Shown here: piece after piece, positions 28,052 to 39,382 of the stretch
Numbering within the stretch: the stretch's first letter is position 1
Layout: each line of letters starts with the position of its first letter
NCBI GenBank assembly: GCA_030065025.1
Contig: JASJDY010000014.1
Span: 13,113-77,112, forward strand
Reading direction: 5' to 3'
From: Planctomycetota bacterium
GTDB taxonomy: Bacteria > Planctomycetota > PLA2 > JAEUHO01
DNA: 64,000 nucleotides
Program-made: the position numbers and the translations under genes
The notes under the pieces: generated by a model
What the model was told of the DNA's origin: nothing
The model's input: only the letters and a program-made list of their open reading frames with translations
Databases searched by the model: none

Positions 28052-29449
28052 CTAGCCGAGCTTCTTGCGCCAGCGGGCGAGCTGGCGCTTGACGCCGGCG
28101 GGCGAGGGCCCGCCCAGCACGCGGCGCGAGCGCACGGCGCCGTCGGCGCTGAGCACCTTGTAGACGTCCTCGTCGAACTTGCGATGTGCCCTGCGGAAGA
28201 CCTCGAGCGGCAGCTCCTCGAGCCCGAGGCCGGCGGCCTCGGCGGCGCTGACGAGGGCGCCGACGGCCTCGTGCGCCTCGCGGAAGGGCACGCCCTGGCG
28301 TACCAGCCAGTCGGCCGCCTCCGTCGCGAGCAGGTAGCCCGTGGGATCCTCCACGGCGGCGCGCATGCGCGCCGCGTCAAAGCTGATGTCGCCGAGCATC
28401 GCGCAGGCGATCTCGAGCATCTCCTCGACGGCGTCCTCCGCCTCGAACAGGGCCGTCTTGTCCTCTTGGAGATCCTTGAAGTAGCCCATCGGCAGACCGC
28501 GTTGCACCTCGAAGAGGCGACCGAGGGCGCCCGTGACGCGCGTCGCCTTGGCGCGCAGCAGCTCGGCACCGTCGGCGTTGCGCTTCTGCGGCATGATCGA
28601 GCTGCCGGTCGAGACCCCGTCGCCGAGACGCGCGAAGCCGAACTCGCTGCTCGTCCAGAGCACGAGGTCGGCGCCGAGCCGCGAGAGCGTGACGGCGATG
28701 GCCGCGAAGCCGGACAGGACCCGCGCGATGTCGTTGCGTGACGACACCGCTTCGAGGCTGTTGGGCGACGGCCGCTTGAAGCCGAGCAGCTTCGCCGTCA
28801 TGCGGCGGTCGATCGGGAGACTCGTGCCCGCGCCCGCACAGGCACCGAGCGGACACTCGTCGAGTTCGTAGCGCGCGCTCTGGAGGTCGCGCTCCAGCAT
28901 CTCGACATACGCGAGCAGCCCGTGGCCGAGCACGACGGGCTGGGCGCGCTGGAGGTGCGTGTAGAAGGGCAGCACGAACGCGCCGTCGCGCTCGACCAGC
29001 GCAAGCAGCGCACGCTGCGCCTGCTGCACGTTCAGCTCGATGCTCTCCGCCGCGCTCGCGAGGTACAGGCGCACGTCGGTCGCAACCTGGTCGTTGCGGC
29101 TGCGCGCGGTGTGCAGCCTTGCACCGTCGGGACCGATCAGCTCGGTCAGCCGGCGCTCGACGGCCATGTGGATGTCCTCGTCGCTCTCGCGCGGCTCGAA
29201 GCTGCCGTCGGCGAACTCGGCCGCAACCTTCTGCAGGCCCTTCACCATGCGCTTGCTCGCCGCCTTCGTGACGATGCCCGTGTCGCCGAGCATCATCGCG
29301 TGGGCAATCGAGCCGGCGATGTCCTGCGGCCACATGCGGCAGTCGACGTCGTACGAGCGGTTGATGCGCACCAGGGCGGGATGCTGCTCGACGGTGAAGC
29401 GCCCGCGCAGCGGATCGCCCTTCGCCTTGCGCTTGCGACGCGCGGCCAT
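28052..29449 (-). CDS. argH: Argininosuccinate lyase
   Basis: EDIH, LHTARSRNDQ, YTHLQRAQP, GSSIMPQKRN. Confidence 0.95.
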   Translation of the reverse strand: MAARRKRKAKGDPLRGRFTVEQHPALVRINRSYDVDCRMWPQDIAGSIAHAMMLGDTGIVTKAASKRMVKGLQKVAAEFADGSFEPRESDEDIHMAVERRLTELIGPDGARLHTARSRNDQVATDVRLYLASAAESIELNVQQAQRALLALVERDGAFVLPFYTHLQRAQPVVLGHGLLAYVEMLERDLQSARYELDECPLGACAGAGTSLPIDRRMTAKLLGFKRPSPNSLEAVSSRNDIARVLSGFAAIAVTLSRLGADLVLWTSSEFGFARLGDGVSTGSSIMPQKRNADGAELLRAKATRVTGALGRLFEVQRGLPMGYFKDLQEDKTALFEAEDAVEEMLEIACAMLGDISFDAARMRAAVEDPTGYLLATEAADWLVRQGVPFREAHEAVGALVSAAEAAGLGLEELPLEVFRRAHRKFDEDVYKVLSADGAVRSRRVLGGPSPAGVKRQLARWRKKLG

Positions 29450-29450
29450 G

Positions 29451-30515
29451 TCAGTCCTCCTCGGCGCCGAGATACGCGCGTGCGATCTCGTCGTAGGCCT
29501 TCACGGCCGCCTCGACCTGCTCGACGGCCACCCACTCGTCGGGCGCGTGGCTGGCCGCGCTCGTCCCGGGACCCATCACGACGCCGGGCACGTGCCGGAC
29601 CCAGAACAGGTCGGAGAGCCCGCCGAAGCCGCGCACGCGACCGGTGGGACTGGCCGCGGTCGCGATGCGCGCGATCTCGGCAGCGGCATCCGTGCGCACC
29701 GGGAGGAAGCGGTTGCTGAGCACCTCCACCTCGCCGTTCACGGCTTCCTTCAGCATGGCGAGCATGCGCTCGTTGTCGCAGGCCGGCGTCGGGCGACCGT
29801 CGAGCTCCAGCGCGCAGGCGCCGGGCAGCACGTTCGGACGCGTGCCGCCCTGGATCACCGTCGCCTGCAGCGTGGCCGGGCCGAGCAGGTCGTCCTCGCC
29901 GCCGAGCTCGAGTCCCTGGACGGCCAGGATGTCGTGCGCAGCGAGCTCGATGGCGTTGACGCCTTCCCACGGCCGGGAGGCGTGGCACTGCCGGCCGTGC
30001 GCGGTGACGCGAGCGCGGAACAGGCCGCGCTGCCCGGGGCAGACGTCGAGCTCCGTCGGCTCCCCCACCACCGCCGCGTCGTAGGGCGGCAGCTCGTCGC
30101 CGCACGCCTCGATGCCCTCACCGCCGGTCTCCTCGTCGCACACCAGCGCGACGACGAGACGTCCGCGGATGCGGCTGCGATCGACGTGGGCGAGCACCCA
30201 CGCCATGGCTGCGGCGCTCGACTTCGCGTCGTTCGAGCCGCGCCCGAAGACCTTGCCTTCTTCGAGCGCACCGTCCCACGGCTCCCGCGTCCAGCCGGGC
30301 CCGACGGGCACGACGTCGATGTGCGTCAGCAGGAGCAGTCCGCGCCCCTCGGGCTGCTCGCCCTCGACGACGCCGATCACGTTGCGCCCGGAGGTCCAGG
30401 CCTCGACGCCGCGTGCCTGCCACCACGCGAGCAGGTGGTCGCGGCAGGCCTCTTCCGCGCCGGAGACCGACGGGATGCGCACGATCTCGCGCAGCAGGTC
30501 GACGGCGCCGCTCAC
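29451..30515 (-). CDS. argE: M20 family deacylase (ArgE/DapE-like)
   Basis: THIDVV, GRGSNDAK, CDEE, VVGEPT, SHAPDE. Lies within the arg operon. Confidence 0.85.
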   Translation of the reverse strand: MSGAVDLLREIVRIPSVSGAEEACRDHLLAWWQARGVEAWTSGRNVIGVVEGEQPEGRGLLLLTHIDVVPVGPGWTREPWDGALEEGKVFGRGSNDAKSSAAAMAWVLAHVDRSRIRGRLVVALVCDEETGGEGIEACGDELPPYDAAVVGEPTELDVCPGQRGLFRARVTAHGRQCHASRPWEGVNAIELAAHDILAVQGLELGGEDDLLGPATLQATVIQGGTRPNVLPGACALELDGRPTPACDNERMLAMLKEAVNGEVEVLSNRFLPVRTDAAAEIARIATAASPTGRVRGFGGLSDLFWVRHVPGVVMGPGTSAASHAPDEWVAVEQVEAAVKAYDEIARAYLGAEED

Positions 30516-31429
30516 GCCGGGCCGCCCGCGCCGCGGGCCGAGCCCCCGTCCTTCTCGATGAGCGTGCCGACGCCGCGCACGGTGAACAGCTCGAGCAGCA
30601 GCGCGCTTTCCTCGATGCCGGAGAGGATCACAGCCGCGCCGACACCGCCTTCCAGGGCCTCGATCATCGTCGTGAGCTTCGGCACCATGCCGCCGGCCAC
30701 GACGCCGCTGGCCATGAGCTCACGCGCCTCGTCGATCGTCAGCCGCGACACCAGGCTCTCGGGGTCATCCTTGTCGCGCAGCAGGCCGGGGACGCCGGTG
30801 AGCGTGATGAGCTTGCTCGCGCCCAGGTCCCGGGCGAGCACGGAAGCGACGGTGTCCGCATTGACGTTGAGGGGGCTCCCGCTCTCGTCACCGGCAAGCG
30901 AGGAGATGACCGGCACGTAGCCGTCCTCGACGAGCAGCGAGAGGAGGTGGGTGTCGACGTCGGTGACGTCGCCGACGTGGCCGAAGTCGACCAGCGTGGT
31001 CTCCCCCGTCGCGTCGTCCTTCATCTCGGTCGGCGGCCGCTTCGTCGCGTGCAGGATGTCGCCGTCCACGCCGGAGAGCCCCACGGCACGCACGCCGTGA
31101 CGACGCAGCGCCGAGAGGATGTCCACGTTGATCTGCCCGGCGAACACCATCTTCGCGACGGCGAGGGTGTCCTCGTCCGTCACCCGCCGCCCCTGCACGA
31201 GCTTGGGCTCCAGCCCGAGCTTGCGCGACATCTCCGTCGCCTGCGGTCCGCCGCCGTGCACGATGACGATGCGGATGTTCACGTGCGTGAGCAGCGAGAC
31301 GTCCTGCGCCAACGAGTCGAGCGCCTCGTGGCTGGCCGCGATCTCACCGCCCAGTTTGATGACCATCGTCTGGCGGCGATGACGGCGCAGGTAGGGCAGG
31401 GCCTCCTTGAGCAGCCGGACGTCCTTCAT
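30512..31429 (-). CDS. argB: Acetylglutamate kinase
   Basis: VIKLGG, VHGGGPQ, RVTD, NVNAD, GGMVPKL. ATG 31429 overlaps the argF' stop. Confidence 0.9.
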   Translation of the reverse strand: MKDVRLLKEALPYLRRHRRQTMVIKLGGEIAASHEALDSLAQDVSLLTHVNIRIVIVHGGGPQATEMSRKLGLEPKLVQGRRVTDEDTLAVAKMVFAGQINVDILSALRRHGVRAVGLSGVDGDILHATKRPPTEMKDDATGETTLVDFGHVGDVTDVDTHLLSLLVEDGYVPVISSLAGDESGSPLNVNADTVASVLARDLGASKLITLTGVPGLLRDKDDPESLVSRLTIDEARELMASGVVAGGMVPKLTTMIEALEGGVGAAVILSGIEESALLLELFTVRGVGTLIEKDGGSARGAGGPA

Positions 31430-32432
31430 GCCGTGACTCCCATCGCACGGCACAGGGTAGCCTTCTGGACGTCGAGGCGCGCGGCCGCCTGGTCGATCAC
31501 GACGGACGAGGGGCCGTCGAGGACCTCGTCAGCCACGACCACGCCACGCCTCACCGGCAGGCAGTGCATGAAGATCCCGCCGTCCGTACGGTCCATCGCC
31601 GGACCGTCGACGATCCACTCGGGATGCGCCATGACGTCGGCGGCAGCCCGCTGCGCGTCTCCGTAGTAGCCGCGGGCGCCCCAGGACTTGGCGTAGATCA
31701 CGCGCGCGCCCTCGAAGGCGGCGTCACGCTCGTGCGTGACGGAGAGCGAGCCGCCGGCGGCCTCGGCGATGGCCGTCGCGTCTGCGACGACGCCTGCGTC
31801 CAGGTCGAAGCCGTGCGGATGGGCGATCACGACGTCGTGGCCCTCCTGGGCGAAGGCCAGGGTGGCAGCGTGCGGCACGGCCAGCGGCAGCGGCTTGATG
31901 TGAGGAGCCCAGGTGACGACGACCTTCGCGCGCTCGCCGACCTTGCGCCGCACGGTCAGAGCATCGGCGAGGCCCTGGTGCGGATGGTCCATCGCGGACT
32001 CGAGGCTGAGCACGGGCACGCTGCTGGCCGCAGCGGCCGAGCGCAGCACGAGATCGCGCGCGTCCTCCTTGGCATCGGCGAGCGAGGCGAACGAACGCAG
32101 GCCGAGGGCGTCGACCATGCGCGCCAGGACGGCGAAGCCCTCCTTCACGTGCTCGGCATGCGGGCCGTCCATGACGACGCCGTCGCGATGCTCGAGGCTC
32201 CACAGGCCGCCGCCGACCTGCAGGTTGACCGCGAACGCGCCGAGGTCGCCGCACGCCACCTCGAACGCCGTGCGCGTGCGCAGCGACGGGTTGAAGAACA
32301 CCATGCCGCAGCGCCGGCCCGCGAGCAGGGGCTCGCGGCCGCGCGGTCCGGAGAGGATCTCGGACTGCGCGAGCAGGTCCTGCCACGTCGTCGTGTCGAC
32401 GTCGCGCAGACTCAGGAAGTGCCACGGCGTGC

Positions 32433-32436
<4 letters not shown>
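31426..32436 (-). CDS. argF': N-acetyl/N-succinyl-ornithine carbamoyltransferase (ArgF' type)
   Basis: FFNPSLRT, HPHQ, WAPHIKPLP, FMHCLPVRR. Start 32436 (ATGA overlap). Confidence 0.85.
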
Positions 32437-33676
<1,240 letters not shown>

Positions 33677-33680
<4 letters not shown>

Positions 33681-34702
33681 AGGCCGGCTCCCGGGCGGTC
33701 GAGGCCGGCCGTTTCGTCCAGCCCGAACATCAAGTTCAGGTTCTGAACGGCGGTGCCGGCCATGCCCTTCCCCAGGTTGTCGATGGCCAGGGTCACGACG
33801 GCCGTGCCGTCGCCGGGCGTCACGCAGACGTCGACGTGGTTGGTGCCCACGCACGCCCGCAGATCGGGCGACTTCGCATGCATGCGGACGAACGGCTCGT
33901 CGTCGTAGACGTCCGCGAACGCCGCGCGTACCTCGTCGTCTCCGGCGTCGCCGACGGGCACGAACGCGGTGACGTGGATACCGCGCGCGAACGGCGCGGA
34001 GTGCGGCACGAAGTCGACGCGGGCCTCCCCGCCCAGGGCGTGCAGCACCTCGGGCAGATGCTGGTGGTGCAGCGGCCGGTAGGCCTTGAAGTTGGTGAAG
34101 CGCTCGGGATGGTGGGTGCCGGCCTTGGCGCGCGCCCCCGAGCCGGACGAGCCGGTCACGCTGACGACCGACGCCCGACCACGCAGCAGGCCAAGCCGCG
34201 CGAGCGGCCACAGCGCCAGGATCGTCGCGGCGGCGTGGCAGCCCGGGTTGGCGACGAGGCGCGCCCCGCGGATCGCGTCCCGGTGACCACACTCGGCGAG
34301 GCCGTACTCGGCCTGCCCGAGCAGTCCGGGGTGCGGGTGCTCGAAGCCGTACCACGCCGGATACTGCGACGGATCCGGCAGGCGGAAGTCGCCCGAGAGA
34401 TCGATGATGCGCGCGTCGGCGGCCGCCTCGAGCAGCGGCGGCAGCTCCGCGGCGCTCACGCCGTGGGGCTTGGCGAAGAACACCACGTCGTTCTCACGGG
34501 CGAGACGGAGGCGCACGTCCTCCGTCTCCTTCGTGAAGCGCAGCGACGAATAGCCGGCGAGGTGCGGGTGCCGGTCGGCGACCGGTCCCTCTTCCGTGCG
34601 GCTGGTGAGCGCCGTGACCTCGACCCCGGGGTGGCCCACGAGCAGCCGCAGGAGCTCCATGCCCCCGTAGCCCGTGCCGCCCAGGATCGCGGCACGGATC
34701 AC
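33677..34702 (-). CDS. argC: N-acetyl-gamma-glutamyl-phosphate reductase
   Basis: GGTGYGG, DLSGDFRL, ANPGCH, SGSSGSG, IDNLGKGMAGTAVQNLN. GTG start 34702 overlaps the mdh stop. Confidence 0.9.
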
Positions 34703-35640
34703 GAGGCGGACGCGCCCAGCGACTGGACGTCGGCGATGCCCGAAGCGACGCTCGCGGCGGAGGCCTTGAGCATCTCGAGCTCGGCCTCGTCGAGGTCGAG
34801 CTCGACGATCTTCGAGACGCCCTTGGCGCCCAGGTGCACCGGCACGCCGCAGTACATGCCCGACAGCCCGTACACGCCGTCGAGGTACGCGCTGCAGGGC
34901 AGCAGGCGATCGGAGTCGTTGAGGATGGCGTCGACCATGAGGGCGGCCGCCGCACCGGGCGCGTAGTACGCGCTGCCCGTGCCCAGCAGCTTCACGATCT
35001 CGGCACCGCCGTTGCGCGTGCGGTCGCTGAGGGCCTCGATGCGATCGGCGGGCATCAGCTCGGTGATCGGGACGCCGCCCACCGTGCTGAAGCGCGGCAG
35101 CGGGACCATGGAGTCGCCGTGGCCGCCGAGCACCATCGCCTTGACGTCGATCGGCGAGCAGCCGAGCTCCATCGCGATGAAGGTCGAGAAGCGGGCCGAG
35201 TCGAGGACGCCGGCCATGCCGACGACGCGCGACGCGTCGAAGCCGGTGGCCTGCTGCGTCGTCCACGTCATCACGTCGAGCGGGTTCGTGACGCACACGA
35301 CGATGGCGTCGGGCGCGTACTTCTTGATGGCCTCGCCGGAGGCCTTGGCGATGTCGGCGTTCTTGCGCAGCAGGTCCATGCGGTCCATGCCGGGCTTGCG
35401 CGGGAAGCCGGCCGTGACGACGACGACCTCGCTGCCCTCGATGATCGAGACATCGTGGGAACCGGTGACGCGTCCGTCGAAGCCGAAGATGGGTCCGACC
35501 TGGCTCATGTCGAGCGCCTTGCCCGCGGGCACGCCCTCGACGATGTCGTAGACCGCGACGTCCGCGGTGCCACGCGAGGCCACCTGATAGGCGCACGTCG
35601 CGCCCACGTTGCCACCGCCGATGATGCCGACCTTGCGCAT
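34699..35640 (-). CDS. mdh: Malate dehydrogenase (LDH-like)
   Basis: GGGNVG, GKALD, TAGFPRKPGMDRMDL, TNPLD, GVLDSARF, GGHGD. Confidence 0.95.
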   Translation of the reverse strand: MRKVGIIGGGNVGATCAYQVASRGTADVAVYDIVEGVPAGKALDMSQVGPIFGFDGRVTGSHDVSIIEGSEVVVVTAGFPRKPGMDRMDLLRKNADIAKASGEAIKKYAPDAIVVCVTNPLDVMTWTTQQATGFDASRVVGMAGVLDSARFSTFIAMELGCSPIDVKAMVLGGHGDSMVPLPRFSTVGGVPITELMPADRIEALSDRTRNGGAEIVKLLGTGSAYYAPGAAAALMVDAILNDSDRLLPCSAYLDGVYGLSGMYCGVPVHLGAKGVSKIVELDLDEAELEMLKASAASVASGIADVQSLGASAS

Positions 35641-35958
35641 GATTCACTCCCGTTGGGGGCGCACCCCGACCACGTTCTGGCCGGAGGATAGGTCCGGGAG
35701 CCGCGGGGGGCTAGACGGTGTCGAGGGGTGCGCCCAGCAGGGTCGGCCATGAGCGAAGGCGAGGCGGGTCGGACTCTCCAAGCGTCCCACGATCGGCCCG
35801 TCGGCCTCGCCATCGAGTCGAGGGCGAGCGGCTGTGACCACCGTACGCGGCGGGCCTGGACACGCGGCGTCGCATTCGAGTCGAGAGCGAAGGGGCTCCC
35901 GATCCGCCGGAGCGCTTGGATAGCCCGTGGGTCCTCGCCTTCGTCCGCAGGTGAAGAC

Positions 35959-37299
35959 CTACCGGCCGCCCTTGGCCGCCCGGAACAGCTGCTGCCAGCG
36001 CTGCTCGTCGGCGCGGTAGCGGGTCTGCGCGGCCTGGAACTCGGCGACGGCGGCCTCGAGCATCTCGCGCACCTCGGGCCGGTCCAGGTCCTTGCGCTGC
36101 AGCAGGCTCATCAACCGGCGGCTCGACTCGTTCACGTCGCGCATCGCGCGCATGTAGCTCAGCGCGGCCGAGCGCAGGTTCTCGAAGGCGATCTGCTTGT
36201 CGTCGGGCTTGTTCAGCAGCTTCCAGGGATGCGCCCGCAGGTCCTCGGAGGTGTCGAGCAGGTTGTGCGCCGTGTCGTTCAGACGACCGACCAGCACCTT
36301 CACGTCCACACCGAGGTCGCTCAGGATGCGCCGCGCCTCCGGGCCGATGCCCGAGAACTCATCCGACAGGCTCGCGAAGTTGCGGCCGGCCGTCTCGAGG
36401 TCTGCGAGGAACCGATCGATCGGCCCCTTCGCGCCCGCGAGGATCTCGTCGAGCTTGCGCACGACCTCCTTGGCCGACGCCATGAGCTCCTTCAGGTCGG
36501 CGCGCACGTCGCCGACGGCGCCCGAGCCCTTCTCGGCCATGACCTTCATCTCGCCGGTCGCGGCCTCGAGGTTGCCGGCGATGGTCGCGACGCGCGACTC
36601 GAGTCCCTCGAGCGTGCGACGCAGCGACCCGATCGCGGCACGGGCGTCCTTGTCGAGCTCCTCGGTGTTGAACGCGTCGACCTTGCCGCGCAGCGTGCGG
36701 ATCAGGTCCTTGGCCTCGACCATGACCTCCCCGCCCTGCGTGGCGAGCATGCCGATCTTGTCGGCGAGGTCGTTGATCTTGCCGCTGATGTCCGCGAGCC
36801 CAGGCGCCTCCTTGGCCATCAACGGGTTGGCCTTGGTCTGCTCGTCCTCGAGGTTCTCGCGCGCGAAGCCGGGGAGCAGGGCGAGCGTACGGATGCCAGT
36901 GAGGCTCTTGTCGATCTGGGCGGTCGTGCCGACAGGCACGATCTGGTCGGCGGGCATCTTCACCTGCGCGACGACGAAGATCTCGCGGAACGTGCCCGAG
37001 TCGCCGTCGGCGAGCCCGAGCTTGAGACGGTCGGCCTGGGTGAGTGGCAGCCCGCCGCCGTCACCGCGCACCTCCTCGCGCTGCTCGACGGCGGAGATGC
37101 GTCCGACCCGGATGCCGTTCATCAGGACGGGGTCGCCGATCTTCGGCGCGACGTAGCCCTGGCTGAAGCGGAGATAGATGTGGCGGTAGTTGCCCCAGAT
37201 CGGCTCCTCACCACCGGCGAAGTAGACGAGCGCCAGCAGACCGGCGATCGCAGCGAGGACGACGACACCGGCCTTGAACTCTGCGCGCTTGGTGTACAT
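35959..37299 (-). CDS. mlaD: MCE/MlaD family protein with long helical tail
   Basis: EFKAG + TM, VLMNGIRVGRIS MCE motif, coiled-coil C-terminus. Confidence 0.8.
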   Translation of the reverse strand: MYTKRAEFKAGVVVLAAIAGLLALVYFAGGEEPIWGNYRHIYLRFSQGYVAPKIGDPVLMNGIRVGRISAVEQREEVRGDGGGLPLTQADRLKLGLADGDSGTFREIFVVAQVKMPADQIVPVGTTAQIDKSLTGIRTLALLPGFARENLEDEQTKANPLMAKEAPGLADISGKINDLADKIGMLATQGGEVMVEAKDLIRTLRGKVDAFNTEELDKDARAAIGSLRRTLEGLESRVATIAGNLEAATGEMKVMAEKGSGAVGDVRADLKELMASAKEVVRKLDEILAGAKGPIDRFLADLETAGRNFASLSDEFSGIGPEARRILSDLGVDVKVLVGRLNDTAHNLLDTSEDLRAHPWKLLNKPDDKQIAFENLRSAALSYMRAMRDVNESSRRLMSLLQRKDLDRPEVREMLEAAVAEFQAAQTRYRADEQRWQQLFRAAKGGR

Positions 37300-37309
37300 C
37301 GAATCGCTC

Positions 37310-38128
37310 CTAGAGCCGGAAGAGGAGGAAGTAGTTGAGGATCGCGTCGCTGACGATGATCGCGATGATCGACGTCACCACTGCGCTCGTCGTCGCCCGC
37401 CCGACGCCCTCGGCGCCCCCCTGGACCTTGAATCCTTGATAGCACCCGATGGTGCCGATGATGAGGCCGAAGACGCAGGCCTTGAACAGGCCGCGCCAGA
37501 CGTCCTCCGTGTAGAGCGAGTCCCAGGCGTGCTCGAAGAACGAGTTCACGCTCATGTCGAGGACCTGCACCGACACGATCAGGCCGCCGACGATGCCGAC
37601 GAAGTCGGCGAGGATCGTCACGCACGGGACCATCAGGAGCACGGCGAGCAGGCGCGGCGCCACGACGAAGCGCACGGGGTTCAGCGACATCGTGCGCAGC
37701 GCGGTGATCTCCTCGGAGACGACCATCGTGGCGATCTCGGCGGTGAGGGCCGCGCCGATGTAGCCCGTCATGATGATGCCCGTCAGCAGCGGCCCCAGCT
37801 CCAGCACGATGCCGACGCCGAGCAGGTCGCCCACGTACTCGGTGAAGCCCAGGTCGGTCAGCACCTTGCCGCCGATCAGGGCGAGGATCATGCCGACGAA
37901 GAAGTTGACGACGAACACCACAGGCAGCGCTCGGGGTCCGGCGCGAACGCACTGTGTCCAGAACGCCTTGCGGCCGATGCCGCGTCCGCGGAACGGCCCG
38001 GCGACCGCGTGGCCCACGGTATCGCGGAACAGCAGCGCCAACCCGCCGATGAACTGGAACAGCCCGAGGGTGGCACCTCCCATGGAGGTGACCAGGTCCT
38101 GCAGTCGTCCGCTCCTCCGGGTCGTCAT
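37310..38128 (-). CDS. mlaE: MlaE family ABC permease
   Basis: ELGPLLTGIIMTG, AEIATMVVSEEITAL, VVAPRLLA, GAEGVGRATTSAVV. Confidence 0.9.
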   Translation of the reverse strand: MTTRRSGRLQDLVTSMGGATLGLFQFIGGLALLFRDTVGHAVAGPFRGRGIGRKAFWTQCVRAGPRALPVVFVVNFFVGMILALIGGKVLTDLGFTEYVGDLLGVGIVLELGPLLTGIIMTGYIGAALTAEIATMVVSEEITALRTMSLNPVRFVVAPRLLAVLLMVPCVTILADFVGIVGGLIVSVQVLDMSVNSFFEHAWDSLYTEDVWRGLFKACVFGLIIGTIGCYQGFKVQGGAEGVGRATTSAVVTSIIAIIVSDAILNYFLLFRL

Positions 38129-38133
38129 GTGTG

Positions 38134-38463
38134 CTAGTCGGCTACGGCCTCGGCGCGCGTGTCACGCAGATCGAAGATCGTGCTGAGCTGGGCCAGGTCG
38201 AAGAGCTTGCGTACCTCGGGCGACAAGCCGCACAGCCGCAGCTTCCCGCCGTACTTGCCGACGGCCTGCAGCGCCTCGATGAGCGTCGCCAGGCCGCTGG
38301 AATCGATGAAGGCGACGTCGGTGAGGTCCACCACCAGGGGCGAAGCCTGGTTGCCCAGGGCGGTGCGCAGGTGGCCCCGCAGCTCGGGACTCGTGTGCAT
38401 GTCCACTTGCCCCTCGACGATGAAGAGGGTGGCGGACCCATGCGTTTCCTGGGTGACGTTCAT
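38134..38463 (-). CDS. STAS domain anti-sigma factor antagonist
   Basis: GQVDMHTSPELR, VVDLTDVAFIDSSGL (phosphoacceptor Ser). ATG 38463. Confidence 0.9.
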   Translation of the reverse strand: MNVTQETHGSATLFIVEGQVDMHTSPELRGHLRTALGNQASPLVVDLTDVAFIDSSGLATLIEALQAVGKYGGKLRLCGLSPEVRKLFDLAQLSTIFDLRDTRAEAVAD

Positions 38464-38909
38464 GTCGTTTCCTTCTCGGCGGCCGCCTCGGCCGCGCCAT
38501 GCTTCACCATGGTGAGCGTGGTCCCCCCGTGCTCGTTCTTCACGTACTCCACGCGATCCATGGTGGACTTGATGAGGTGCACACCGATGCCGCCCGGCCG
38601 GACCTCGTCCAGCGGTCGCGACTCGATGTGTTTGGGATCCACGAACTGGCCGTAGTCGACCAGGTCGAGCTGCAGCTCGTGCTCGCCGGCGATCACGTCC
38701 AGGTCGATGCGCTGATCGTCCCGGCCGTCGTACGCGTGGCGGATGACATTGGTGACCGCCTCGGTCACGGCAAGCAGGATGCGCTGGGTGAGATCGGCGT
38801 CGAACCCCGAGAGGTTTGCGCCCTCCTGCACGACCGAGCGGACGAGCGGCAGGTACTTGGGGTGCGACGGCACGCTGCAGCGCACCCGGTCGAGGGCCGC
38901 CGGCATCAT
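38460..38909 (-). CDS. RsbW/SpoIIAB-like anti-sigma factor Ser kinase
   Basis: LAVTEAVTNVIRHAY, DYG, GGIGVHLI. ATG 38909. Confidence 0.9.
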   Translation of the reverse strand: MMPAALDRVRCSVPSHPKYLPLVRSVVQEGANLSGFDADLTQRILLAVTEAVTNVIRHAYDGRDDQRIDLDVIAGEHELQLDLVDYGQFVDPKHIESRPLDEVRPGGIGVHLIKSTMDRVEYVKNEHGGTTLTMVKHGAAEAAAEKETT

Positions 38910-39292
38910 GAGCCGCCTCGCTGCGCGCCCTGCGGCTGGAGCCTCGCGCGCCATGCTTCCTGCGCGGCGCGGCGCTCGGCTGCCGGCGCGAAGGCCTGGT
39001 AGCCGACGTCCTCGCCGGTGAGCTCACGGAGCGCGGCGCCGGCCTGGAGGCGCACCGTCTCATCGCGATCGTCGAGGAGCTCGATCAGGTCGGGCAGCCA
39101 GCGCCGGTCGCCGCGGGCGGCGACGTCCTGGATGGCCAGCGTGCGGCGGAGCGCATCGGGGTGGTGCAGATCGAGCTCCGGCTGGACCGGGCGAGGCGTG
39201 TCGGTGCTGGCGCAGGCCGCGAGCAGGAGCAGCAGCGCGCCCACGGCGACCCTCGGGGCGGACTTCGGCAAGAGCGGTGCACTGGGAGGCAT
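38906..39292 (-). CDS. HEAT-repeat lipoprotein
   Basis: Lipobox LLAAC, LIELLDDRDETVRLQAGAAL. Confidence 0.75.
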   Translation of the reverse strand: MPPSAPLLPKSAPRVAVGALLLLLAACASTDTPRPVQPELDLHHPDALRRTLAIQDVAARGDRRWLPDLIELLDDRDETVRLQAGAALRELTGEDVGYQAFAPAAERRAAQEAWRARLQPQGAQRGGS

Positions 39293-39382
39293 GCGTCCCC
39301 GTTCGGGCTGCGGAGATCCAGGACTCGCGGATTCTCTGGGAGTCGCCCAGGCGCGTCAACGAATCCGTTCGCGACGCGCAGC

